Below, piece by piece: positions 1 to 10,572 of a DNA stretch of 64,000 nt. Where the stretch lies: NCBI GenBank assembly GCA_964016885.1, contig OZ024744.1, forward strand, positions 71,982,001 through 72,046,000, read 5' to 3'. The DNA comes from Eledone cirrhosa. Taxonomy: Eukaryota. Each line of letters begins with the position of its first letter. Position 1 is the stretch's first letter. Under the pieces are notes generated by a model. It saw only the letters and a program-made list of their open reading frames with translations, was not told where the DNA came from and ran no database searches. A program made the translations under genes and the position numbers.

Positions 1-313
1 TTACCGTCATGTTGTTGTCTAGCATGTTCGTATAGTACTGACCCGTTTTTTCGTCCTTTTAGTTCCCCCCAGTGTTGGTCTATCCTTTCACCTATGCTAC
101 GATCTGTCTCACCTATGTATGTTGTTGTCGTGTTTCTGCAAGTACCCTCTGTACATCTTATGCTATAGACTACGTTTCTAGTTTTACAGTTTATCCGGGG
201 GTTCACCTTACATATGATACATTTCCTATTGGTACAGTGGGTTTTCTTAAAAGGGTAGGTTTGGCTGATCAGAGATTTTATGGTGGTTCCTGGCTTTTCT
301 ACCACCTTTATTT
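1..313 (-). repeat. Inverted partial copy of PLE-A (endonuclease-coding region)
   Basis: Reverse complement of 4190-4502, nearly identical. Confidence 0.93.
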
Positions 314-315
314 AT

Positions 316-1064
316 AAAAACGGGTCAGTACTATACGAACATGCTAGACAACAACATGGCGGTAACATAGACAACATAGAAATTAGAATAATATCTAAAC
401 ATAGGAATGACCCAGCAGATAGGCAAATCAGAGAGGCCAGTGAAATAGAAATTAGAAGACCAAAGCTAAACAGAAAGAATGAGTGGAACAACAACAACAC
501 CCAAACAAACAACACTGACCTAAGAGAAGTATAAATAAATAAGTAAATTAAATAAAATAAAATAAGATAAATAAATACATACACAAGCACATAAACACAC
601 ACTAGTCACCCAGCAGACACAACACTATACACACTAGTCACACATCACACATAACACTAAACACACACGCAAACGCATGCGCAAAGAAGACAAAATAAAA
701 TAAGATAAACAAACAAGCAAATAAATAAATAAATATATATACAGACTGAACAAAAAAAATGGCGTAGACATACAACACAACAGGAGGAACAATGAATATA
801 ACACCACTGACGATGTTGCAGATGTGCAACGAAAGATTTATGTAAATTATGTAAACTATATATATATGTGTTTGTCTATATTGTATCTGTATTATTTTTG
901 ACCGCCGGTCAGTCAATGGCAACATTGAGGACCGAGTAAGTTAGATCGCAGATATATATATATAAAAGACAGCGAGAAGCGAAAACCAACCAAACAGTGA
1001 GTGTGTTCTGTTATTAATTCTGGCAATATTACGCAAATATGACCCTCCCCAAATATAACAATAT
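316..1064 (+). repeat. 5' pseudo-LTR of PLE-A
   Basis: Direct repeat of 4453-5201. Contains the ORF C-terminus, 3' UTR, HHR and the first ORF codons. Confidence 0.93.
796..852 (+). ncRNA. Minimal type I hammerhead ribozyme in the PLE-A 5' pLTR
   Basis: CTGACGA(807)-t-GTTGCA-gatg-TGCAAC-GAAA(831)-gatt-TA(840). Stem I is CA/TG, an internal loop, then ATATAA/TTATGT. Confidence 0.7.
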
Positions 1065-4000
1065 CTGTTTCGACACACGATTTCATATAAAAAACCTCGC
1101 AAAACTAATTCATCGCCGCTATGGCATTAGCTTGTGCCAAGCTGAAAGGTTATTGAAAGACACTGTTTTCTGTTATATAAAAACTACAATAACAACAGAA
1201 CAAATCCGCTTCTTAAAACACTGTGTTTCCTCCAAAACATACACAACAAACATATCAAAACAAGTAAATAATTTATTATTGAACAAAACACAAGCTGAAC
1301 GGCTAAAACACACAATAACAGTTAATATGAAAAGAACAACATACACAAAAGTCAACGCACTCTACAGACAAAAACGCATCAACGGTAAGGAAATCCGAAA
1401 TCTCATCACAGCAAACGAGAGAGATGACTTCATGAGCGTCATCCGACGCGAAACGAAATATGCTCAAAACGAATGCTGTAGGCATTTCAAGAAGAAATTA
1501 GAATGGATGAATAAGAAAAAACTACAAGAAAGGAAAATCGAATATTCTCAAAAATACCCAGATAACATCGACAACATCCGTATGAGTGATGTAAAACTAC
1601 CGGAAGAATTTACCAATGACCACACAGTAAATATCTATGGGAACACTTTAATCAGTGAACAAGAACAACAAATCCTAAAGTTACCACCAAAATTTGCCAT
1701 CTACAAAAAGATTAACCCTATGGAATGCAAAACGGAGCTGGAAAAGTGTTTCACAAAAATACGTTGGAATGCAAAGGTAAACAACAACAACAATAATAAC
1801 GGTAGTAGTAATATAAACAATAACTCTGGGTATAGAAATAACAGCCATAACCATAACAATGGCAGGAAAGTGAGAAATAGTGATAATGGTAATAATACTA
1901 GCGATAGACAGAACAACAACAACCACAATAATAATAATAATAGAAACGTTAACCACAGACACAGCAACAGTGACCACAGTAGTAATAACGGTAACAATAC
2001 GAACAACAACAACAACAATAACCACAGTGGTAATAATGGAAATAGTACATGTAGCAACATCAACAAAAACAAGAAACATAATAATAGTAACAACCACAAT
2101 GGTAGAAATAGCAGTAACAACAACAACAATAACGGTGAAGTAAACAACAATACATCTAGCAATCATAACAATAATAATATTAATGCTAATGATAGAAACA
2201 ACAACAACCACCATGATAACAATAATAGCAACACACACAACTATGACGATAGAAATAACGACAACCCCTTAGAGAAACTATTTTTCAACCCAGCTGACAA
2301 AACATATAAGATGGGTAATATCTATCCTACGAGGTTACCCTTTAATAAAACAGTTTGCATACCACAGCAAATAGATGACGAGACGGAGGCACAGTTCACC
2401 ATAGCTAGAAATAAGATTAGACAAGTAGTAGACAGGTACACTATGAGACAGAGCAGACCAGAGGCCCAACAACTTGGGATAAAACCTGTAGAAGGCTTGG
2501 TTAGCCTCAAGCAGCGCACAAGGGATGGTGAGGTAGTGTGTCTACCCACAGATAAGTCCGGTAGGATGTCAATAGATATCATGCCGAACTACATCGAGGC
2601 AATGCAACCCCACATCACCAACACGAGCGAAGTTGCACAACTAACACACGATGGGAGAGAAAAAATCCTCAACGCTCACATGATGATGTGGACTGACATC
2701 CTAAAGCCAAGCAGACGCACTGCCAACAACTTCCAGGCGTCTAACAATGGCATACCACCCTTGTATGGGCTCCGCAAAGACCACAAGACAGTCGACGACC
2801 CGACAACAGGACCACCAACAAGACCCGTATGCGGAGCTAATATAGCTAGCAACTACAGGATCTCCTACTTCCTCTCAATGGTTATACGCCCCATAATCAA
2901 GATGTCCCCAGATGTATGTGAAAGTACAGAGGACCTCCTCAGCAGAATCAGTGAGTGCAACAAAAACAGGAGCCTATCCAACTGCATAATAGGCAGCATG
3001 GATGTGGTGTCACTGTACCCATCCATTAACATTGATTTTGCTGTGAAAAGATGTGTGGAGATGATCATTGAGAGTGAGGTGGAGTTCTGCGACGTCGACA
3101 CAGACGAACTGGGCCTCCTACTTAGACTTACCTACGACACTGACTACCTAGACAGCCATGACCTTAGATGTTTCTGCCCTAGTAGACCTATAAGAGGTAG
3201 ACCCCCCACCATAACCTCAATGGCTAAAAAGACTCCCATAGGAAGGTGGATTGGGTGGACCAAAGCTATACGGACCCCCCAAAACACTGATCAGGTAAGA
3301 AAAATGGTCGCACATGCAATAGGGGCTAGTATCAAAACTACCCTAAAGGGCCACATATTTAAGTTCAATGAGAAAATCTACACCCAAAATGAGGGAGCAG
3401 CCATCGGCGTCAGCATAGCTGGTGATGTTGCCAACCTTTTCATGGTATGGTGGGAAAGGAGACTTAAAGATCTCCTTAATGAAAGCTCCATAGACCTCAT
3501 CATGTACTCTCGTTATGTAGACGATATCAATATAGTTATAAGAACACCCCCACTAGAGAGCACTAACAAGTTTGATTTAGAACGTAGCACGATGGAAAGC
3601 ATCCAGCAGATAGCTAATTCCATACACCAGAGTATAACTGTAACTATAGACTTCCCTTCCAAACACCCTAACAATAGACTACCTGTATTAGACACAGAAC
3701 TCTGGATTAACACTATAGACGAGAGAGCCCAAATTCTCCACTCACACTATGCTAAACCCATGGCCTCCAAATACCTGATACTCAAAAACTCAGCAATGTC
3801 CAGTAGTGCTAAGTTTAATATTCTGATCGCAGATTTGGTACGAGTGATGAAGAATGTGTCCAGCATGTGCGACCCAACAGAAATGGAAGGACACATCCAA
3901 CACTTCATCAACCGCATGCAGTTCTCTGGCTACAACCAAAGAGACAGAGTCAGAGTATACGAAGGAGCCATGGAAAAGTATAAGACCCTCATAGAACTGG

Positions 4001-4671
4001 ACATGAAAGGAATTTGCCCACTATACAGGAGCAAATCATGGAATAGCTTAGATAGGGCTAGACATAAGATAGGGAAGGCCACATCATGGTACGACAACCA
4101 GAGATATCAGAGTGTCATGTTTGTGGACGCCACCCCTGGAGGGAAATTAGCTAACCAGTGTAGAAAGGCCCTGAGAAAGACCCACTTAAAAATAAAGGTG
4201 GTAGAAAAGCCAGGAACCACCATAAAATCCCTGATCAGCAAAACCTACCCTTTTAAGAAAACCCACTGTACCAATAGGAAATGTATCATATGTAAGGTGA
4301 ACCCCCGGATAAACTGTAAAACTAGAAACGTAGTCTATAGCATAAGATGTACAGAGGGTACTTGCAGAAACACGACAACAACATACATAGGTGAGACAGA
4401 TCGTAGCATAGGTGAAAGGATAGACCAACACTGGGGGGAACTAAAAGGACGAAAAAACGGGTCAGTACTATACGAACATGCTAGACAACAACATGACGGT
4501 AACATAGACAACATAGAAATTAGAATAATATCTAAACATAGGAATGACCCAGCAGATAGGCAAATCAGAGAGGCCAGTGAAATAGAAATTAGAAGACCAA
4601 AGCTAAACAGAAAGAATGAGTGGAACAACAACAACACCCAAACAAACAACACTGACCTAAGAGAAGTATAA
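1039..4671 (+). CDS. PLE polyprotein: reverse transcriptase + C-terminal GIY-YIG endonuclease (1210 aa, intact)
   Basis: RT motifs TDKSG, LYGLRKDHK, RPV, SMDVVSLYPSI, GAAIG, RYVDD, LPVLD. Cys-rich linker CxxxxCxxC. GIY-YIG region VVYSIRC...YIGETDRSIGERIDQH...EH. Asn-rich insertion at about aa 247-410. Confidence 0.95.
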   Translation: MTLPKYNNICFDTRFHIKNLAKLIHRRYGISLCQAERLLKDTVFCYIKTTITTEQIRFLKHCVSSKTYTTNISKQVNNLLLNKTQAERLKHTITVNMKRTTYTKVNALYRQKRINGKEIRNLITANERDDFMSVIRRETKYAQNECCRHFKKKLEWMNKKKLQERKIEYSQKYPDNIDNIRMSDVKLPEEFTNDHTVNIYGNTLISEQEQQILKLPPKFAIYKKINPMECKTELEKCFTKIRWNAKVNNNNNNNGSSNINNNSGYRNNSHNHNNGRKVRNSDNGNNTSDRQNNNNHNNNNNRNVNHRHSNSDHSSNNGNNTNNNNNNNHSGNNGNSTCSNINKNKKHNNSNNHNGRNSSNNNNNNGEVNNNTSSNHNNNNINANDRNNNNHHDNNNSNTHNYDDRNNDNPLEKLFFNPADKTYKMGNIYPTRLPFNKTVCIPQQIDDETEAQFTIARNKIRQVVDRYTMRQSRPEAQQLGIKPVEGLVSLKQRTRDGEVVCLPTDKSGRMSIDIMPNYIEAMQPHITNTSEVAQLTHDGREKILNAHMMMWTDILKPSRRTANNFQASNNGIPPLYGLRKDHKTVDDPTTGPPTRPVCGANIASNYRISYFLSMVIRPIIKMSPDVCESTEDLLSRISECNKNRSLSNCIIGSMDVVSLYPSINIDFAVKRCVEMIIESEVEFCDVDTDELGLLLRLTYDTDYLDSHDLRCFCPSRPIRGRPPTITSMAKKTPIGRWIGWTKAIRTPQNTDQVRKMVAHAIGASIKTTLKGHIFKFNEKIYTQNEGAAIGVSIAGDVANLFMVWWERRLKDLLNESSIDLIMYSRYVDDINIVIRTPPLESTNKFDLERSTMESIQQIANSIHQSITVTIDFPSKHPNNRLPVLDTELWINTIDERAQILHSHYAKPMASKYLILKNSAMSSSAKFNILIADLVRVMKNVSSMCDPTEMEGHIQHFINRMQFSGYNQRDRVRVYEGAMEKYKTLIELDMKGICPLYRSKSWNSLDRARHKIGKATSWYDNQRYQSVMFVDATPGGKLANQCRKALRKTHLKIKVVEKPGTTIKSLISKTYPFKKTHCTNRKCIICKVNPRINCKTRNVVYSIRCTEGTCRNTTTTYIGETDRSIGERIDQHWGELKGRKNGSVLYEHARQQHDGNIDNIEIRIISKHRNDPADRQIREASEIEIRRPKLNRKNEWNNNNTQTNNTDLREV

Positions 4672-5201
4672 ATAAATAAGTAAATTAAATAAAATAAAAT
4701 AAGATAAATAAATACATACACAAGCACATAAACACACACTAGTCACCCAGCAGACACAACACTATACACACTAGTCACACATCACACATAACACTATACA
4801 CACACGCAAACGCATGCGCAAAGAAGACAAAATAAAATAAGATAAACAAACAAGCAAATAAATAAATAAATATATAGACAGACTGAACAAAAAAAATGGC
4901 GTAGACATACAACACAACAGGAGGAACAATGAATATAACACCACTGACGATGTTGCAGATGTGCAACGAAAGATTTATGTAAATTATGTAAACTATATAT
5001 ATATGTGTTTGTCTATATTGTATCTGTATTATTTTTGACCGCCGGTCAGTCAATGGCAACATTGAGGACCGAGTAAGTTAGATCGCAGATATATATATAT
5101 AAAAGACAGCGAGAAGCGAAAACCAACCAAACAGTGAGTGTGTTCTGTTATTAATTCTGGCAATATTACGCAAATATGACCCTCCCCAAATATAACAATA
5201 T
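4453..5201 (+). repeat. 3' pseudo-LTR of PLE-A
   Basis: Direct repeat of 316-1064. Ends at ...AACAATAT, running into (TA)n. Confidence 0.93.
4933..4989 (+). ncRNA. Hammerhead ribozyme, second copy (PLE-A 3' pLTR)
   Basis: Identical to 796-852. Confidence 0.7.
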
Positions 5202-5436
5202 ATATATATGCAATAATATTAAATAAAATGGAAACTATATTTATAAAACCATACTTATTTTATTATATATATTTCAGGGGTACCAAGGCAACAGTGGTAC
5301 GCCCTCATCAGATAAAATACAAAGTTTGTTTCATAAATAGAGACGTACCCATGAAAATCATACCTTATCGGTTGGAAATTCACTGGATAATGAATTTATA
5401 TTTGTCGGACCTCCAACAAATTAAATACCCCTTCTA

Positions 5437-5496
<60 letters not shown>

Positions 5497-5500
<4 letters not shown>

Positions 5501-6069
5501 ACCCATGTGCAACCACGCAGTATTCTTCTTTTTTCTCATGTTTTTTATATATATTTATCTCGGCTGCGTTTGTCTGTTTCTCTCTTACTGCTTCCCCGTT
5601 CTCTCTGTTGCTCTCACCTTCTTTCGCCCCCTCTATCAGTTACACTTTCTCTCGACTGACCTCTTCCTCGCACTTCCACTCACTCACTCTCTGTTTCTCC
5701 CCTTCTCACTTCCTCCCGTTTGGCTAGTAGTGGATTCTCTTCTTGCTCACATCTCACTCACGTCGGACGGTCTGTATCTTGATCGCTCATGAAATCCACC
5801 CAGCTTATGCTGACCGGATAACCATGTTGCTTGTTTATTCCCATCTTTGCGTTGCTTTCATCCTTCTATGTTGTTTACTTGTCTCACTCTCTTTACGCGA
5901 TTTACTTGTCCCAATAGCTTTATTTAGCTATTGCTCGCACCAACCTGAGGTATATGATTTTTAATGCGATGAAATATCAATGATGGTTGGCAAATCACTG
6001 ACGAAGGACTATTTTTATCATATGTAACCCATGTGCAACCACGCAGTATTCTTCTTTCTTCTCATGTTT
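5497..6069 (+). mobile_element. PLE-like non-coding 3' fragment with a terminal direct repeat, in (TA)n
   Basis: About 47-nt direct repeat TGTAACCCATGTGCAACCACGCAG... at 5497 and 6023 (offset 526). Truncated HHR 5' half CTGACGAAGGACT at 5998-6010. Confidence 0.5.
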
Positions 6070-6539
6070 ATATATACATATATATATATATATATATTAC
6101 GGGGCGACGCACGCAACGTAACTGCCACGTGTATATTTTCGCTATGTAATGACACAATCAAAACTGTACCATCTATGTCTATAATTCCACTATATTTCAT
6201 GTTTTGTGGAACCGGATTCTTGGTATCTCAAAAGTGGGAGATTTTATACAAATATAACATGAAATATTATAAAGGATGCACATGGTTTCATGCTTTAAGC
6301 AGGTAAATTGTTTCTTTAAATGAAAAGATGCTATTGATGTCGATAGGAAAGCTAAAATCCGATAAAGATTGGCACAGGTAAGATTGCAGGTGACCTAAGA
6401 ATACAAACCAACAAAAAAGATACAAAATATGTTCCATATTCTAAACAATTCCCCCAATTCACTGATCTGGGTTCATACACCGAAATAATAAAAAGCAAAT
6501 TATGCCTTGGTAGTATGCCAAACGGCAAAACAGTAAAAT

Positions 6540-6718
6540 AATTGTTTCTACTTTAGGCACAAGGCCAGCAATTACCCAGTACATTACTGGTACTGTATTT
6601 TATCGACCCCGTAAGGATGAAAGGCAAAGTTAACCTCGGCGGGATTTGAACTCAGACCGTAAAGGGACGTAACTATGTTAGAAAGCACGGCGTCCACCCG
6701 TCTACCGATACTGCCAAT
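6540..6718 (-). mobile_element. tRNA-derived SINE with Nin-type core
   Basis: Minus strand: A-box-like TGGCAGTATCGG, B-box GTTCAAATCC, core GCCTTTCATCCTTACGGGGTCGATAAAA. More than ten copies in the window. Confidence 0.8.
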
Positions 6719-6740
6719 TCTAAAATAATATTTAATTCGC

Positions 6741-7170
6741 AGCTGGCTTCCATTACAACTGGAGCCAGCAGGCCTTGACCGCGGAGATGGCAAGCGCCCT
6801 GGTGGAATCACCCTCTTCCCATTCGAAGGAGGTAGAAACCTCATTTGAGACACCACATATTGTGACACGTTCTCCGCCTCCAACTTAGTTGCTTCGGCTA
6901 CACACCCCGTTACTGCGACCCACCTTGCAGAGGAAAGGAAGACAAATAAATACCGGGGATTGTCCGGCTGCTTCCTCTTTATACCAGTCACCGTTGAGAC
7001 CTCAGGAGTACTTGGACCCCGTTCTGCTGAGCTCCTCCACAAGATCAGAACGTTGGCAGTCCATCTGAGAAAGTAGCCACGCGAGGTAGGGTGGCTGTTG
7101 CAGCAGGTTTCGCTGGCCATAGTCCACGGGAATGCTTTTGCGGTCTTGTTAGCGTGGCGCAGACCCACTA
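6741..7170 (+). pseudogene. CRE-clade non-LTR retrotransposon, C-terminal restriction-like endonuclease fragment
   Basis: Translates to LEPAGLDRGDGKRPGGITLFPF...AEERKTNKY...FIPVTVETSGVLG...QVSLAIVHGNA, with in-frame stops. Confidence 0.7.
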
Positions 7171-7560
7171 CCGCTGCGACCTAGACCCAGAGCCCAATCA
7201 CCCTCACCCTCCTCATTCTTCTGTGACACTTGAGCCCTTGCCTTTCCCTTCCTTTTTCTTTTTTTTTATATTTTCTTATTTGACATTCCATTTATTCATT
7301 CATTCCACTCCGGCTTAACACCTTATTCATCAAAGATAAATCATTGTATCGAAGTGTCAAATGAATCTTTTCTTGTTTCTTTGTTTATTTGTTTCTATCA
7401 TGCCTGTACTTAATTCTGAACATATTGTATTAACACGGCTGAGATAGGAAATGTAATGTCTGTACGTGTACATGTGTGAGTATATGTGTATAAATTTATG
7501 ACGAGTTAAAAATGGATATATATATCAATCCATTTTAACTCTCTCTCTCTGTATATTTAT

Positions 7561-8396
7561 TATAATATAACTGAACAAAAAAGAAAAACGAACACAGATA
7601 TATATATGTTCAAATCGTAATGGACCAGATTCGCTAAGGTGAAAAGAATACTAACTACAGACAATAGGGTTTGCTATACTCAATTTAAGAATAAATCAAG
7701 AAAAATAAATACAAACCAGTATTGTGGTAACTACTGATCACCCGGACAGTTTTGATAATACTGTTTCGCAATATTATTTGTGAAGAGGAATACCAAAATC
7801 TTAGCTCATCAGCAGGTGAAGAATTATTAGTATCCTGGTCACTTCTAAATATAATAAAAATCTGGATAGTGTGCGTATATGTAACGCACATGGTTCCAGA
7901 ACTTAGCGTGTCTCGCAGACTCACGCCACTAAAAATAGCAGCCGAGTTTACTCGACATTTGAATTAGCTCGATGAATTAACGAAGCCGAACATTCAAAGG
8001 GATGTATTGAGTTAGAAACTCAAAATAATCTCATTACAGAAAATTAGCTCTAAGAAAGAGGTTTTTCCGAGCCGTATAGTATAACTGAACAAAGAAATTT
8101 TATTGCGAAACAGTATTATCAAAACTGTCCGAGTGATCAGTAGCTACCACAATTCTGGTTTGTATTATTTTTCTTGATTTATTCTTAAATTGAGTATAGC
8201 AAACCCTATTGTCTGTAGTTAGTATTCTTTTCACCTTAGCGAATCTGGTCCATTACGATTTGAACACATATATGTATATGTCTGTGTTCGTTTTTCTTTT
8301 TTGTTCAGTTATATTATACGGCTCGGAAAAACCTCTTTCCTCGAGCTAATTTACTGTAATGAGACTATTTTGAGTTTCTAACTCAATACATGCCTT

Positions 8397-8400
<4 letters not shown>
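7561..8400 (-). mobile_element. Retrozyme-like element R1 (514-nt unit + partial repeat + inverted piece)
   Basis: TATAACTGAACAAA recurs at offset 514. 8101-8318 is the reverse complement of 7561-7773, and about 8300-8398 is the reverse complement of about 7995-8093. Flanked by (TA)n. Related remnant at about 21540-21660. Confidence 0.7.
7738..7819 (-). ncRNA. Type I hammerhead ribozyme (R1)
   Basis: Minus strand: TCACCTG-CTGATGA-GC...GC-GAAA-CAGT-loop-ACTG-TC-CGGGTGA. 7-bp stem I, 4-bp stem III. Confidence 0.85.
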
Positions 8401-8462
<62 letters not shown>

Positions 8463-8675
8463 CGTTTCTGAATTTGTTTAGCAAGATTCTTTATCTGAAA
8501 TCGTGTGTTGAAACCGATATTGTTATACTTTGGGAGGGTCATGTTGCCAATAAGAAACACACGCACCAGTTGCTTTCACTTCAATTTAATTTAATATATA
8601 TTTATAAATTTACAAATTTATAAATTTCTGGTTGGTTGGTTGGTTCCACAACCAGATAGTTGTTTATATATATAT

Positions 8676-8720
8676 AGTCATAGTTCTTTCGTCACACACT
8701 CTGTGACCTCTTCAGTGACT
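8676..8720 (-). ncRNA. Minimal type I hammerhead ribozyme (PLE-B)
   Basis: Reverse complement of 8944-8988. Confidence 0.88.
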
Positions 8721-8943
8721 GGGGATTTCTTTCTTCGTTTCTGTGCCTTTCCTTTCTTCTATCCTACGCCATTTTGTTTGTGTGTGGGTTGCGTGCTCAG
8801 TTTGCGCATGCGCCACATCCGGGTGTCTGTGTGTGTTTGTGTTCATTTTTTTTTTTTTTTTTTTGCACGCAACCCACACACAACAAACAAAATGGCGTAG
8901 GATAGAAGAAAGGAAAGGCACAGAAACGAAGAAAGAAATCCCC

Positions 8944-8988
8944 AGTCACTGAAGAGGTCACAGAGTGTGTGACGAAAGAACTATGACT
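8944..8988 (+). ncRNA. Minimal type I hammerhead ribozyme (PLE-B)
   Basis: AGTCA-CTGAAGA-g-GTCACA-gagtg-TGTGAC-GAAA-gaac-TA-TGACT. Confidence 0.88.
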
Positions 8989-9189
8989 ATATATATATAA
9001 ACAACTATCTGGTTGTGGAACCAACCAACCAACCAGAAATTTATAAATTTGTAAATTTATAAATATATATTAAATTAAATTGAAGTGAAAGCAACTGGTG
9101 CGTGTGTTTCTTATTGGCAACATGACCCTCCCAAAGTATAACAATATATATATATATATATATATATTTGGTATTAAATTAACAATGAA

Positions 9190-9400
9190 ATAATGGTTTG
9201 TAAGGCTCAAGGCCAACAATTTGAGGGAAAGTCGATTAAATCGACCCCAGTGCATTACTGGTACTTTATTTCATCGACCCCGTCAGGATGAAAAGCGAAG
9301 TTAACCTCGGCGGGATTTGAACTCAGAACGTAAAGGGGCGTAACCCGATTCCATGAAGCATGGTGTCCAACGCTCTATCGATTCTGCCAATCCACTGCCT
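9190..9400 (-). mobile_element. Nin-type SINE copy
   Basis: Same core and B-box as 6540-6718. Confidence 0.8.
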
Positions 9401-9454
9401 TAATTAAAAATGAAAATAATAACAACAGAGTCGAGTTATTTTACCTATTCATAT

Positions 9455-9582
9455 CATTGTTTTACGATCGTTTCGGAGGGTTGATCATATTGACATATTG
9501 TCTGATCTATAGCAGTTATACAACTGTATAGTATCAGACCTCAGATATAGGTTCGATCAGACCGTCTTCTTCGGAAACAATG
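9455..9582 (-). ncRNA. Variant type I hammerhead (core CCGAAGA) with a long branched stem II
   Basis: Minus strand: CATTGTTT-CCGAAGA-(about 95-nt structured insert)-GAAA-CGATCG-TA-AAACAATG. Perfect 8-bp stem I. Confidence 0.65.
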
Positions 9583-9813
9583 CTACCACCAAGAGTAGAC
9601 CACACTAATATATATATATATAAAGGAATATACATATATATATAAAGGAATATACAAACACACATAGCGTTTAAATATGTTTTAGTTATATACATGAACA
9701 AAAAATAGTGGGGTTTATATACTAAAATAAGGATAAATATTCGATATCTTTATCGACTAGGTTTCAAAGATTGAGTTTGAGCCATCGTTTTCTCACTTTC
9801 TTCAAAATCTTCA

Positions 9814-9946
<133 letters not shown>

Positions 9947-10131
9947 TATGTCAGAAGGACGACACACACATAGATATACACATACACACACATATATATA
10001 CTTATATATGTGTATTTTTACGTGTGTACGTGTATATCTTTAAACATACCAGATACCAACCAATACTCACCATTAGATATTAAGCGTAAATTTATCTGAC
10101 AGATGGTCCATGTAAGCACGTGTTTTAGTAT

Positions 10132-10239
<108 letters not shown>

Positions 10240-10572
10240 CAAGTGAATGCGAGCAAGTATATGTACGTGATCACATGTTTATCACATGATCAGATACTAC
10301 CAAATACATATACATGATCACTTGTTTATATCCATATGTATCTGTAGAGTGATATGACGTATTGAACGGGAAAATAATCAAACCGGAAGCTGTTAACATC
10401 AAGTGGGCTTAGATACATAACATTTTAAATAAATCAAAAATAAGATTTTACAGTGTATATTGATTAGCTGGAAATCAGCTGTCAATTTTTTTCTGCTCTG
10501 GTAATCGATGAATATTTTTTTTATTATTATATGCATACACACATATATACATACATGCATGAATAATATTTG

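Larger units (their letters stand above)
1..5201 (+). mobile_element. Penelope-like retroelement, family A: near full-length, with pseudo-LTRs and an inverted 5' segment that runs off the window start
   Basis: 316-1064 is a near-identical direct repeat of 4453-5201 (offset 4137). 1-313 is the reverse complement of 4190-4502. One RT-GIY-YIG ORF lies between the repeats. The 3' end abuts (TA)n. Confidence 0.95.
8460..9147. mobile_element. Palindromic pLTR remnant of PLE family B
   Basis: Inverted arms at about 8517-8796 and 8865-9147, plus a 56-nt tail at 8461-8516. Encodes [22 protein letters not shown], homologous to the PLE-A N-terminus. Flanked by (TA)n. Confidence 0.9.

Noticed and set aside
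6584-7168. 194-aa minus-strand ORF
   Set aside because: Antisense of the CRE relic running into a SINE.
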